Shown: positions 1 through 9,307, counted from the stretch's first letter. The stretch is DNA of 64,000 nt from an uncultured Treponema sp. (GCA_946631855.1 CAMPAL010000002.1:587-64586), one strand, 5' to 3'. The notes: generated by a model from the letters alone, not told the origin. Translations and numbers: made by a program.

Positions 1-93
1 CCAAGTATTTCAAAAAATTCTTTTCCATGTAAAATTCCTTTTACAAGAAAATTTTCCCCGGCCTGTTCTTTTGTGGGGAATTCGTTTGGAATT

Positions 94-303
94 TTATGCA
101 TCTTCATTTTCATCTCCAAAAATCTTTTTCCAGCATTCAGGGCAAATACCTGAAATAAACATCTCTCTGTACTCAGGGCTCAAATTTGGTGCAATTTCCT
201 GAATACTGCGCGAACTTTTTCTCCAATTTTTCAATGCGAAAAATGTTTTTCCATCACAGAGAATTTCAACATTTTTTCCACAAGTTTTACAAGTTTTTGT
301 CAT
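94..303 (-). CDS. small zinc-binding hypothetical protein
   Basis: 69-aa ORF with CKTC and CPEC cysteine pairs; overlaps the upstream ORF in a minus-strand operon. Confidence 0.6.
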   Translation of the reverse strand: MTKTCKTCGKNVEILCDGKTFFALKNWRKSSRSIQEIAPNLSPEYREMFISGICPECWKKIFGDENEDA

Positions 304-510
304 TTTTCTTTTTTATTTCTATCGTAAATGGAAACTTTTTGATTATCTGAATAATTCCAAAAATTGGAAAAAGCGGCAATGTAAACATACAACCAACCAA
401 AGATTTTTCAATATCTCCTTTTCCAAAATCTGCCCAAAAGTTCATGTGCAATACCATTGTTCCTAAAAGAAAAGGAACTAAAAGAATGGCTAAAATTGCA
501 TCGCTCATAT
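287..510 (-). CDS. small membrane protein
   Basis: two hydrophobic segments; start approximate (MSDAILAILL, after a GAGG element). Confidence 0.5.
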
Positions 511-516
511 AAAACC

Positions 517-1347
517 TCACTTCAACATGTTCAAAAATTCTTCAGGTGAAATAATTTTCGTTCCAAGCTTTTTCGCTTTTTCAGACTTTGTTGAAGTTGA
601 ATTTGGATCCTGTTGTACAAGAAATGAAAGCCCTTTTGAAACAGCTTTTACTTCACCTCCATTTTCAATAACCATCTTTTCCAAATCAGAGCGTTTAATT
701 GACATAGCCCCAGTGAAGCAAAAACTCAAACCTGCAAGTTTACCACCCTTTTTTTCTACTTTTGGCTCATTTGATTTGACGTTGAAAAAACTCATGCATT
801 TTTCAATTTCTTCAACATTTTCAATCATGCCGTAATAAATCTTATCTGCAAGAATATCACTTATTCCTTCGCAGATAAACTGTTTTGATGAGCCAGGATG
901 CAAAAAGAAATTCAAATCCGCTTTTGGAATTGCTGTCAAAACTTTGTCAATTTGACCTTCTCCAACAGCTTCAATATCAAAGCAAGAAATAAATGTTGAA
1001 ATTGAAATTTTTTTCTTCAAAGCTGCACGTACCTTTTTTGCAACTTTTTCACCGTTTATTCCATTCGCCCACTTTACGCTGTCTTCATCAGACTTTGTAA
1101 CCGAAGAAAGATAATCAAAAAGATTTTTGCAGTCTTTTGATGCTTTTGTAAAATATGCAGGGCCTGCTCCTTTTACTCCAATTTTGTCAAGGCACTTTTC
1201 GATTTTGTGTGCAACTTTCTGTGCGCAATTTTTATTGATACATCGAATCATGCCGTTTTCCAAAACTTCCAAATCTCCTCCACAAACAGGGCAGGTGTCT
1301 GGAAGATTCAATTTCTCTAAATCATAGTTGTAGATATTCTTGATCAT
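517..1347 (-). CDS. ligA: NAD-dependent DNA ligase, C-terminal half only (Zn finger, HhH, BRCT)
   Basis: PDTCPVCGG..RCINKNC Zn finger, HhH-like IEAVGEGQI, BRCT LAGLSFCFTG..KSEKAKKLGTKII; no KxDG adenylation or OB domain; ATG at 1347 follows GGAGGAG and overlaps the upstream stop (TAATG). Confidence 0.85.
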   Translation of the reverse strand: MIKNIYNYDLEKLNLPDTCPVCGGDLEVLENGMIRCINKNCAQKVAHKIEKCLDKIGVKGAGPAYFTKASKDCKNLFDYLSSVTKSDEDSVKWANGINGEKVAKKVRAALKKKISISTFISCFDIEAVGEGQIDKVLTAIPKADLNFFLHPGSSKQFICEGISDILADKIYYGMIENVEEIEKCMSFFNVKSNEPKVEKKGGKLAGLSFCFTGAMSIKRSDLEKMVIENGGEVKAVSKGLSFLVQQDPNSTSTKSEKAKKLGTKIISPEEFLNMLK

Positions 1348-1628
1348 TACATCTCCTCCATTTCGAAGGTTACTTTGCAAACCTTCGCATCTGCTGCATA
1401 ACCAGGAACGCCGTTTGTCTTCATTCCAGGTCTCTGATGTTTCAGCTCAAGACCATACGGTTTGATTTCTTTTCTTGCAGCTTTGCGACAACACTCTGCA
1501 ATTTCCTCTGCAGCTTCATATGTTTCATAAAGCTTTGCTTTTGTCGGATCCTTTACATTAGTTGAACCGTGCTGAATATAACAAATTGAACCCCAAGGAT
1601 CTGTGAATTTTACTACGTAACGTGTCAT
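1347..1628 (-). CDS. hypothetical protein
   Basis: 93-aa ORF preceded by CCCTATATTAT and GAGGTAC. Confidence 0.7.
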   Translation of the reverse strand: MTRYVVKFTDPWGSICYIQHGSTNVKDPTKAKLYETYEAAEEIAECCRKAARKEIKPYGLELKHQRPGMKTNGVPGYAADAKVCKVTFEMEEM

Positions 1629-1651
1629 CTTTCGTACCTCTCTTATGTTTA

Positions 1652-1662
1652 ATAATATAGGG
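1652..1662 (-). promoter_or_regulatory. recurrent putative phage promoter CCCTATATTAT
   Basis: same motif a short distance upstream of gene starts at 12684, 18195, 21738, 34973 (minus) and 29067, 35176, 56521 (plus). Confidence 0.7.
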
Positions 1663-1704
1663 GTTGAATTGTATAAAAAACCAAAAAACTTCCTAATTTT
1701 TTAC

Positions 1705-2187
1705 ATGATAAATACTACATATGATAATGATTCAAATGACAGAGTTGGTACTCTTATTTTTTCACCTGATAGATCAAAAATCTTGATAGGTTTAGCCCCA
1801 AACCATAAAGAAGATTTCAATCAATGGGATTTAGTTGGCAAAGGTCATATACAATACGGCGATATGAAAGAAGAAACCGTGAATAACGAAGTTTATGAGG
1901 AATCCGGTTTGGATGTGAAAAGTCTGCAAAAAGAATTTTTAGGAAGTACAAAGTATCAAAAAGGGCAGATATATTTTTATGCTGTTGTTTTGGATTCAAT
2001 GCCTGAAAAAATCGAATGTAAATCATGTTTTGATTGGTACGGAAAACAATTACCGGAATTTTTTAAATTCAAATGGATTGAATTAAAAGAGGCTGAAAAA
2101 TGGCTTTATAAAGGTTTGGTTAAAGCCATTTTTCAAACAGATATTTACGAAAAATTAAACAAAGCAATTGAAAACGGTATAATTTAA
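1705..2187 (+). CDS. Nudix hydrolase
   Basis: Nudix-box-like WDLVGKGHIQYGDMKEETVNNEVYEESGL; likely ATG at 1705. Confidence 0.75.
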   Translation: MINTTYDNDSNDRVGTLIFSPDRSKILIGLAPNHKEDFNQWDLVGKGHIQYGDMKEETVNNEVYEESGLDVKSLQKEFLGSTKYQKGQIYFYAVVLDSMPEKIECKSCFDWYGKQLPEFFKFKWIELKEAEKWLYKGLVKAIFQTDIYEKLNKAIENGII

Positions 2188-2759
2188 ATTTCAAAAGAAA
2201 AATCAGATTTTCCTAAAATCTTTTCTTTCATGCGGTTTGCCAAGTCCTGGGTTTCTCGCCATTCTTCATAAGCGGCTTCTCTTTCTACCCACATATTGCA
2301 ATCGCATGTTTTGATTTCATCAATATCCAAAACCCCTTTATCAATGTCATCAACTCTGTTCAATTTTTTATCGCAAAAAGGGCAATGGTAAAACCCATCA
2401 ACCCCCCATACCTGCCAATTGAACTTTGCCCATTCGTTGTTTTTTATCTTTGTACCTATATCAACAAATCTGCAATCAACTAACATCTGCCAGCGTTTTG
2501 AGTTTCTCGGAAGTTTTGTTAGCTTTGCAATGTTTTTATCTTCAATGTGCAGAATATGTTCAACAAAATCTTTTTCAGGAGCTTGCTTTTTCATATCAAC
2601 CAAAGCACAAGGAAAAGAATCATTTAATTTCATGCAATCAATTTCAAACTCTTTTCCATCCGCAAATTCCCATAAACCCCCGTAATTGTATTTATCCTTT
2701 TTTACAACAACTTTATCACCGGGGTTTAAATCGTAAATACTCCATTTTTTAAGAGACAT
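2184..2759 (-). CDS. hypothetical protein with C-terminal Cys pairs
   Basis: 191-aa ORF, CPFC...CDC. Confidence 0.65.
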   Translation of the reverse strand: MSLKKWSIYDLNPGDKVVVKKDKYNYGGLWEFADGKEFEIDCMKLNDSFPCALVDMKKQAPEKDFVEHILHIEDKNIAKLTKLPRNSKRWQMLVDCRFVDIGTKIKNNEWAKFNWQVWGVDGFYHCPFCDKKLNRVDDIDKGVLDIDEIKTCDCNMWVEREAAYEEWRETQDLANRMKEKILGKSDFSFEI

Positions 2760-2780
2760 TTTTTATAAAAATCCTTTTTT

Positions 2781-3230
2781 TTATTTTTTCTCAAGTTCTG
2801 AGTTGATTTTTTCTACCTCAATCTGAAAATTCTTAATCCCATTCAAAAGCTTTTCTCTCTGTTCAATCAGCATATCTCTGTCAATTTTCAAATTCAACTT
2901 CGGAAGGGTTTCTTGAAGATTTTTCAAAAATTCTTCTCTCGCAGCTGCTTTATCTTTTAAATCCTTTCTTACTGCACATATGCGACCGGAAATTCCAACA
3001 TGTTTAATATCCGTAAAAAAGATAGCTTCATAAACTACATCACCTATAAAAGGATATTCATCGCAATCCAAATAAATTACAATTGATTTGTAATCAGTGT
3101 CTTTTTCACCATCGCAAATATAAGGTTCCAATGCTTTTTTGTCAACGAGATAATACCAACCTTTTTGAAATTTTACCCCACACAATTCAGTCGGCAAGTT
3201 TTCATCACAATGTTCTTTTATGTCTAACAT
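2781..3230 (-). CDS. hypothetical protein
   Basis: 149-aa ORF within a tightly packed operon. Confidence 0.65.
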   Translation of the reverse strand: MLDIKEHCDENLPTELCGVKFQKGWYYLVDKKALEPYICDGEKDTDYKSIVIYLDCDEYPFIGDVVYEAIFFTDIKHVGISGRICAVRKDLKDKAAAREEFLKNLQETLPKLNLKIDRDMLIEQREKLLNGIKNFQIEVEKINSELEKK

Positions 3231-3943
3231 TATAATTCTCCTCTACGAAGTTTTCTTAATTTTTCTCCGCTATCTTTTGCAAAATTTCTTTTTATTATTG
3301 CATAATTTGAAGGCTTGAAATAAAATTGCCATCTACTCCAAAGATTTATCCAATCAAAAATAACCAAAAAGAAAATGTAATATGGATGTTCTTTAAAGAA
3401 ATCTCCAGCAAGAAAACAAGCTCCTGCTCCTAAAGCTGCCCCAAAACAACACATTAGATTTTCCGCGTTTGAATGATTTTGATAATCAATTTGATTTTTA
3501 TACAAACTCTGTTCAAATACATCTCCAATCGAAGGTATTACAATTGAAACAATTCCGTTTACAATTCTATAAAAAATTGACCAAAAGAAAAACAAATTTA
3601 ATACAGGTGTTTCATCTGTCAAAGGATTTAAGTTATTTGCAAAATAATAAATTGCAAAACCCAGTTCAGTGCAAGTGTAAAAAATACTTTCACCTATATC
3701 AATTGCTTTGTAATGACAAAAAACCCATCTTTTCTTTTTTACATCAGCCGAAACAAAAGCGTGTATTACGCCAACAATACAACCTGTACAAATAATTAAA
3801 GAGTAAAATCTCGAACCAAGTCCAATTTGATAGTACGTAAAAGTTGCGGCGAACATTCCATACACTATACAATTGAAAAACAAAAAGAGCAAATATATAA
3901 TCTGTTCTTTACTCATAAAAAGTTGCTTGAATCTTTCTCTCAA
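3230..3943 (-). CDS. multi-pass membrane protein
   Basis: about six hydrophobic segments in 237 aa. Confidence 0.7.
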   Translation of the reverse strand: MRERFKQLFMSKEQIIYLLFLFFNCIVYGMFAATFTYYQIGLGSRFYSLIICTGCIVGVIHAFVSADVKKKRWVFCHYKAIDIGESIFYTCTELGFAIYYFANNLNPLTDETPVLNLFFFWSIFYRIVNGIVSIVIPSIGDVFEQSLYKNQIDYQNHSNAENLMCCFGAALGAGACFLAGDFFKEHPYYIFFLVIFDWINLWSRWQFYFKPSNYAIIKRNFAKDSGEKLRKLRRGEL

Positions 3944-4482
3944 AATTCAACTCCCTCTTTTTCCAAAAATTTCTGTATTCTTACTCTTGTACAGGGATCA
4001 CAATACAAATTCAAAATGTTTTTCAAATCTGATTTTGGGTCCAATTCAAGTTCATTTACATTAACGCTGAAGTATTCTTTTTCGACCTTTTGCAACTCTT
4101 TACAAACAACTTTTTTCAATTGCTTTAGTTTTTTCAAAAGAGCCGGCAAATCCTTTTTTGTAAAAACATCTTTTGGTGTTACTCCAAGCTGATTCCAAAC
4201 CCAGTTGTCAATCCCGTAAACATTAAATTTAAAGGTTTCAAAATCTTTCACAAACAATCTAACTACATCTTTGCAGTATGATTTGCTTCTATAAGATTCA
4301 TGATGATAATCTTTAGCCAAAAGATTTTCATTGAAAAAATCTGTAAGAGAATCTTTGTAATTCAAGTTTGCCAAATCTTTTAGAGTATTATACAAATTTG
4401 AAACGTCTGAATTTCGCAATTCCCAAATTCCATATTCCTCTCCCAATTTATCATATTCAAATTTTGTCATAGCCAACTCCAA
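3940..4482 (-). CDS. hypothetical protein
   Basis: 180-aa ORF overlapping its neighbours. Confidence 0.65.
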   Translation of the reverse strand: MELAMTKFEYDKLGEEYGIWELRNSDVSNLYNTLKDLANLNYKDSLTDFFNENLLAKDYHHESYRSKSYCKDVVRLFVKDFETFKFNVYGIDNWVWNQLGVTPKDVFTKKDLPALLKKLKQLKKVVCKELQKVEKEYFSVNVNELELDPKSDLKNILNLYCDPCTRVRIQKFLEKEGVEF

Positions 4483-4865
4483 GTCTTAAAATCATCTGCA
4501 TCTATGCGAAGTTCCCTGATTTTGTCCTTTACATTTTTAGCATCTTCTTCTGAAGTTTTTGGAAGAATCTCTTTTTCCAAAAAATCTGCAGCACTATATG
4601 CAGAAGCAAAAGCCTTTTCACTCAAATCTACTATAGATTCAGAGAGTTCATCTTTTTTATCCTCAAGCTCCTCAATAACTTCTTCGAGTTCTTTAGTTTC
4701 TGAATTTTCAGAATTCTGATAAGAAGGGGTAATTATATTTTCAACAAAGTTTTTTATATCAATCCAATTATAATCAGTCATTGGATTTTTACCCGTCTTT
4801 TCCTCTAAAAACTCCGCAAGCTTTTTTGATAATTCCAATTCAATATCTTCAATTGTCATACACAA
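4467..4865 (-). CDS. hypothetical acidic coiled-coil protein
   Basis: 132-aa ORF; CTATATTTT motif just upstream. Confidence 0.65.
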   Translation of the reverse strand: MCMTIEDIELELSKKLAEFLEEKTGKNPMTDYNWIDIKNFVENIITPSYQNSENSETKELEEVIEELEDKKDELSESIVDLSEKAFASAYSAADFLEKEILPKTSEEDAKNVKDKIRELRIDADDFKTWSWL

Positions 4866-4908
4866 AAAAATATAGAGTTTTCTTTTTTAGACAATCCTTT
4901 AATTTTTG

Positions 4909-5935
4909 AATGTATCACTTGTTTTTGAAACTCGTGATACATTAAAATTAAGGCAACCCTTTATAATACAAAGAAAAGGGGTTGAATGTATAACGAGTTA
5001 TCTTTTCTAAACATTTTTAAAAAGGTTTTTTAATTTTTAAATATATTTATGAAACCCTCTAACTCGTTGTACATTTAATTCTTTTGTTTCTTTTCTTGAA
5101 TGTATCACCTGTTATAATAACATATGATACATTAAAATCGGGGTAAACCCTTATAATACAAAGAAATGAAGTTAAATGTATCACGAGATAGCTTTTATAA
5201 ACTTTTTTAAAAAGGTTTTTAATTTTTTAAATATATAATTACAAAAGAATAACTCGTGATACATTTAACTTTTTATTTCTTTTCGCGAATATATCACATG
5301 TTTACGATAACTCTTTATACATTAAAAGTCTCCTAAAGCTTTATAAAATAAGAAAATAGAATTAAATGTACCACGAGTTACGTTTTCTAAACTTTTTTAA
5401 AAACTTTTTCAAAATTTTAAAATATAAATAAAGAACAACTAACATGTGATACATTTAATTCTTTTCTCGAATGTTATTATATATAATAACTCTCTTTTTT
5501 TCTTCTTTTTTATATAATACAAATCTAAAGCTAAAAGCGTAACCTAAAGTGTATAAGTTATCTCTTGATACATTTAACTACAGGAATGTATCACAGGTTA
5601 GAGTAACATATGATACATTAAAATTCGGCTAAAACTTTATAGAATAAGGAGATAGAACCCGAATGTATCACGAGTTAAGATTCATAAACTTTTTTAAAAA
5701 GTTTTTTGAAATTTTAAATATATATTTACAAAACCCTAACTCGTGATACATTTAATTTCTTATAGTGAATGTATAACATGTTATTGAAACAAGTAATACA
5801 ATAAAATTGCGTTAAAGTCTTATAGACTAAAGAATTACAGATTGAATGTATCACGAGATAGATTTATTAAACTTTTTTAAAAAGTTTTTTGATTTTTTAA
5901 AATATAAATAAAGAACCCTTAACTCGTTGTACATT
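4909..5935. repeat. non-coding array 1 of five ~167-bp inverted-repeat modules (core AATGTATCACGAGTT)
   Basis: modules start at 4909, 5099, 5288, 5585, 5768; each has a 35-36 bp palindrome followed 76-77 bp later by a 91-bp inverted pair around an A/T-tract core. Confidence 0.95.
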
Positions 5936-5999
5936 CAATTCTTTGTTCTCAGAGCGTAACCCTTTTCTATAATATCTAATGCAGGTTGAGGAGAAAAAA

Positions 6000-6443
6000 A
6001 TGAGCGGCGGTAGTTTAAATTACTGGAATGCAAACGATCCAATTGATATTTTAAAAAAAGAATTGCTTTTTGCAAAAAATAAATACTCAGAAAAAGCAAT
6101 TCAGGTAATGCAAGAAACAATTCGCAAGTTGAGAGAAGCCGAAATTTACTCGCATAGAGTTGAATGGTTTTTGAGTGGAGATGACGGAGAAGACAATTTA
6201 CAGGAAAGGCTAAAAGAGGATTTGGAGGAACTTGCAAAAGAAAAACCGATTCCTGTACATTTAGCAAAATGTGAATACTGTGAGCATTGTAAAAATAAAC
6301 ACTGCGAATATGGCCTCAATGATTATTGGAATGAAAATAAAAAAATTGAAAATCGTTATCAAAAATATAAAGAGGATGCAAGCGGATGTTGGGGTTTTGA
6401 AGTAGATTCAGAAACAGAATACAATTTTTTGAATGAGAAATAA
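6000..6443 (+). CDS. hypothetical protein
   Basis: MSGGSLNY start after GAGGAG; EWFLSGDDGED motif; C-terminal Cys cluster. Confidence 0.7.
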   Translation: MSGGSLNYWNANDPIDILKKELLFAKNKYSEKAIQVMQETIRKLREAEIYSHRVEWFLSGDDGEDNLQERLKEDLEELAKEKPIPVHLAKCEYCEHCKNKHCEYGLNDYWNENKKIENRYQKYKEDASGCWGFEVDSETEYNFLNEK

Positions 6444-6446
6444 GTG

Positions 6447-6481
6447 AAAAGGGCCTAAACTATAAATGGCCCTTTTTTTTT
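6447..6481 (+). terminator. intrinsic terminator
   Basis: AAAAGGGCC...GGCCCTTTT stem followed by a T run. Confidence 0.7.
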
Positions 6482-6522
6482 GCTTTTTTCAAAATAAATC
6501 AACATCTTCCACTATTTAAAAT

Positions 6523-6984
6523 ATGGCAGAAGAAAAAAGCAAATTATTCGAAAAGGAGAATAGATTGTACAAATTTTATCTAAATGATTTGGAAGGCAAA
6601 AAGACTTGTATAGACTTTGTTAGAGACCTTTTCAAATTAGAGTTGATAACTTTTGACAAATCTGAAAATTTGGATCTCGTGAAATTATATAATGTGGTTG
6701 GGTTCGATGCATTTTTTGAAATTTGCGGCTGTTTTAGTTCAAAAACAATTAAAATCCCAAATATTGAAAAAATGAAGAAAAACTTGATAATTGCATTAGC
6801 TTACTATCACGTAGTAATGTTAGGGATGAACCCAAAAGAAGTTGGGCGCATTTTAAGTGAAAAATTAGGTTCCTTTAATTTGAAGCAAAAATCAATTAAA
6901 AACATTATAAACAAATTGCAGGCTGAGATTGAGGAACTTGGAGCAAGAGTTGCTAAAGAGGCGCAGAATGGAAGAAATGATTAA
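6523..6984 (+). CDS. Mor-like DNA-binding protein (putative)
   Basis: VVGFDAFFEICGCFSSKTIKIP resembles the Mor/C activator motif; C-terminal helix-turn-helix-like segment. Confidence 0.4.
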   Translation: MAEEKSKLFEKENRLYKFYLNDLEGKKTCIDFVRDLFKLELITFDKSENLDLVKLYNVVGFDAFFEICGCFSSKTIKIPNIEKMKKNLIIALAYYHVVMLGMNPKEVGRILSEKLGSFNLKQKSIKNIINKLQAEIEELGARVAKEAQNGRND

Positions 6985-7513
6985 AGACGAAAAAGAAAAT
7001 GAATTGGCTTTAAGAGCTGTAACCTCTATAGAAAAAGGTGAAGATAAAAAAGAAGAAACCCCAATTGACGAGGTTATTAAATCACTTGCAGATTTTACAA
7101 AAGAAGCATTTTCAATTACTTTGGAACAAACAAAATTGACAAAGGCGTTGGAGGATTCTTTTATTGATGATATTAAAAATGGTTCAATGTCAACAGCGGA
7201 AAGAATCAGTTTGTATAATGTACAGCAATCCGCTCAAAATGATAGGATTTCAAGAATGATGAACCCGACTTCTCAAATGATAAATGAAAAGAACAGGGCT
7301 CAAATTGAATCTGATAGACGTAAAGAACAAATGCAACAACAAGCTTTGACTGGAAACGGTGGAACGAATTTACAGCTGAATATTGGAACAGCATCTGCAA
7401 TGGATGCAAAAGTTGCAAGTACAGCTCCTGCAGAAGTTACTTTAGGTTTGTTAGCTTTGAATAACATGCTTGGTGCAATGAAGACTGAAAAACCGGCTGA
7501 GCAAACTAACTAA
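6968..7513 (+). CDS. hypothetical helical protein
   Basis: long ORF overlapping the previous gene; start approximate. Confidence 0.65.
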   Translation: MEEMIKDEKENELALRAVTSIEKGEDKKEETPIDEVIKSLADFTKEAFSITLEQTKLTKALEDSFIDDIKNGSMSTAERISLYNVQQSAQNDRISRMMNPTSQMINEKNRAQIESDRRKEQMQQQALTGNGGTNLQLNIGTASAMDAKVASTAPAEVTLGLLALNNMLGAMKTEKPAEQTN

Positions 7514-7533
7514 AAAAGAAGGAGAAAAAGTAA

Positions 7534-7671
7534 ATGAATGATCAGCCTGTACAGTATACATTAGATGGAAAAAAATCCAGTCTTCTGGAAATAAATGCAT
7601 TGAAAAAAGAAGGTAAAATAATTAAAGAGGTTGAACCGGGAGTTTTCAGAACCTTCCCTGTTTTTAATTAA
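7534..7671 (+). CDS. 45-aa microprotein, paralog of the next ORF
   Basis: MNDQPVQYTLDGKKSSLLEINALKKEGKIIKEVEPGVFRTFPVFN with AAGGAG RBS; not in the ORF track. Confidence 0.7.
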   Translation: MNDQPVQYTLDGKKSSLLEINALKKEGKIIKEVEPGVFRTFPVFN

Positions 7672-7695
7672 GAAAAAAAAGGAGAAAAAATATAT

Positions 7696-7854
7696 ATGAG
7701 TGAAGCCACAAATACAACTCAGGAACAGACTTTTATTTTGGACGGTGCTCAAGTTTCAGCTCAGCAACTTAATGAAGCAAGAAACAAGCCTGGTGTAAAA
7801 ATAAAAGAAGAAGCTCCTGGAGTTTTCAAAACATTACAAAGATTGAACGGTTAA
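7696..7854 (+). CDS. 52-aa microprotein ending LQRLNG
   Basis: MSEATNTTQEQTFILDGAQVSAQQLNEARNKPGVKIKEEAPGVFKTLQRLNG with AAGGAG RBS; not in the ORF track. Confidence 0.75.
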   Translation: MSEATNTTQEQTFILDGAQVSAQQLNEARNKPGVKIKEEAPGVFKTLQRLNG

Positions 7855-7892
7855 GAAACTATAATTTAAAATAGAAAAGAGGTTCTTTGCTT

Positions 7893-8039
7893 ATGAATTA
7901 CTCTGACATCGATGAAGACTTTGAATTTTACGGGGCTTTCGGAGAAGAAAATTCTCAGGAAGATTGCAACTCACCGTACACTTCAGAAATTTATCCAACT
8001 TTTGATAGTGTACAGGAATTGATTTCGGAGGACGTTTAA
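7893..8039 (+). CDS. 48-aa acidic microprotein
   Basis: MNYSDIDEDFEFYGAFGEENSQED..., AGAGG upstream. Confidence 0.55.
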   Translation: MNYSDIDEDFEFYGAFGEENSQEDCNSPYTSEIYPTFDSVQELISEDV

Positions 8040-8057
8040 AAAAAAGAATCTCTTGGA

Positions 8058-8555
8058 GTGTTAATGCTATCAGTTTTATCTACATATACAATCACTATTG
8101 AAAAAGATGGAGTTGATGTTGAAATCCCTTTATGTCAAGGAATAAAATATTCGATTTTGAAACTTGGCCAAAGTGATGAAAAAAAGATTTACCCAAAAGA
8201 GATTTCTGTAAAAGATTTATTTAAAGGATATGAAATAAAGAAAATCAAACTGCCAGTTATAAATGAATATGAAAAAGGCCAAAAGTTTGATAAATTGCCT
8301 GTTTTGAATAACCTCAACAAATTCTCTGAATATATGAATACAAAGTATAAAGATGGAGAATGGGATATTGAAAAAGAAAAAGAAAAGATGGATGAATTCG
8401 GGGTTGAATCCGTCAGATTTATCTATATGGGTCTTTTGATTGAAAATATTTTCCACTGCTCAATTTATGTACCTGGAAAAATTTTAAAAAACGGTTTCTT
8501 TTATGTAAACAAAGTAGATGAATCTAAATTAAAAGTAGAGGAAATCAAGTTATGA
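8058..8555 (+). CDS. hypothetical protein
   Basis: 165-aa ORF with GGAG upstream. Confidence 0.65.
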   Translation: MLMLSVLSTYTITIEKDGVDVEIPLCQGIKYSILKLGQSDEKKIYPKEISVKDLFKGYEIKKIKLPVINEYEKGQKFDKLPVLNNLNKFSEYMNTKYKDGEWDIEKEKEKMDEFGVESVRFIYMGLLIENIFHCSIYVPGKILKNGFFYVNKVDESKLKVEEIKL

Positions 8556-9307
8556 TTGAAGATAATACCGCTTTAATTTTTCGCAGAGCTTCTTTAGTTT
8601 CAAATGGAAAAATTGGCTCAGATGTAATGACAATGAGAATACTTCCTGATATGATTGGATTGAGTCAAAAAGATTTGCCAAAGTACGCTCCAATGAATCC
8701 TGGAACTCTTTTCAAAGGGCCATCTGAAGAAGACGCACACGGAGATGTTGACAATTCTGCAAAATATTGGGTTTTATGTACACCTGATTTTAAAATCGGC
8801 TGGGTTTTTTGTGAAGCAAATAATGAGTATTCTATAGAATCAACAAAAACGCGTGCACCTTATATGTATAAAAATATTTACACGCATTTAAGGCGCCTTC
8901 ATCTAACAACAAGTAGTTTTAGATATCCTGAATTGAAAATCCTTCAAACAAACTCAAAACATGTAGATTTATATAATAAAATTGGAACAAAAGGAAAAAA
9001 GAAAACTGCGATTTCTTATGATATCTTAAATGTAAGAACAGGTGAAAGATGGATCTTTTTGGAATCTGGAACTTCCCTGGCTTTAATGCAGGATGGAATT
9101 GCTTTACGAGTTGGAGCTCCAAATAAAGATCATTCCTTTATAACTATGACCCCTGATAAAATACAAATAATTTCAAATAATGTTGAGATTTGGGGTAGAA
9201 ATAAAATGTCTTTAGGAAAACATGGATATCAGGTTTGTGGAATGATTGGAGCGCCCACAGCTGTAGACGGTAGCCCGCTTTTACCCATAGCTGACATGAC
9301 GTGTTGA
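8552..9307 (+). CDS. hypothetical protein, possibly baseplate/spike-related
   Basis: 251 aa, beta-strand-rich C-terminus (FITMTPDKIQIISNNVEI); function inferred only. Confidence 0.35.
   Translation: MIEDNTALIFRRASLVSNGKIGSDVMTMRILPDMIGLSQKDLPKYAPMNPGTLFKGPSEEDAHGDVDNSAKYWVLCTPDFKIGWVFCEANNEYSIESTKTRAPYMYKNIYTHLRRLHLTTSSFRYPELKILQTNSKHVDLYNKIGTKGKKKTAISYDILNVRTGERWIFLESGTSLALMQDGIALRVGAPNKDHSFITMTPDKIQIISNNVEIWGRNKMSLGKHGYQVCGMIGAPTAVDGSPLLPIADMTC

Noticed and set aside
4909-5935. CRISPR array interpretation of the repeat arrays (also 42022-43199)
   Set aside because: Intervening segments are homologous to each other rather than unique spacers, repeats are degenerate, the period is about 180-240 bp and no cas genes are present.
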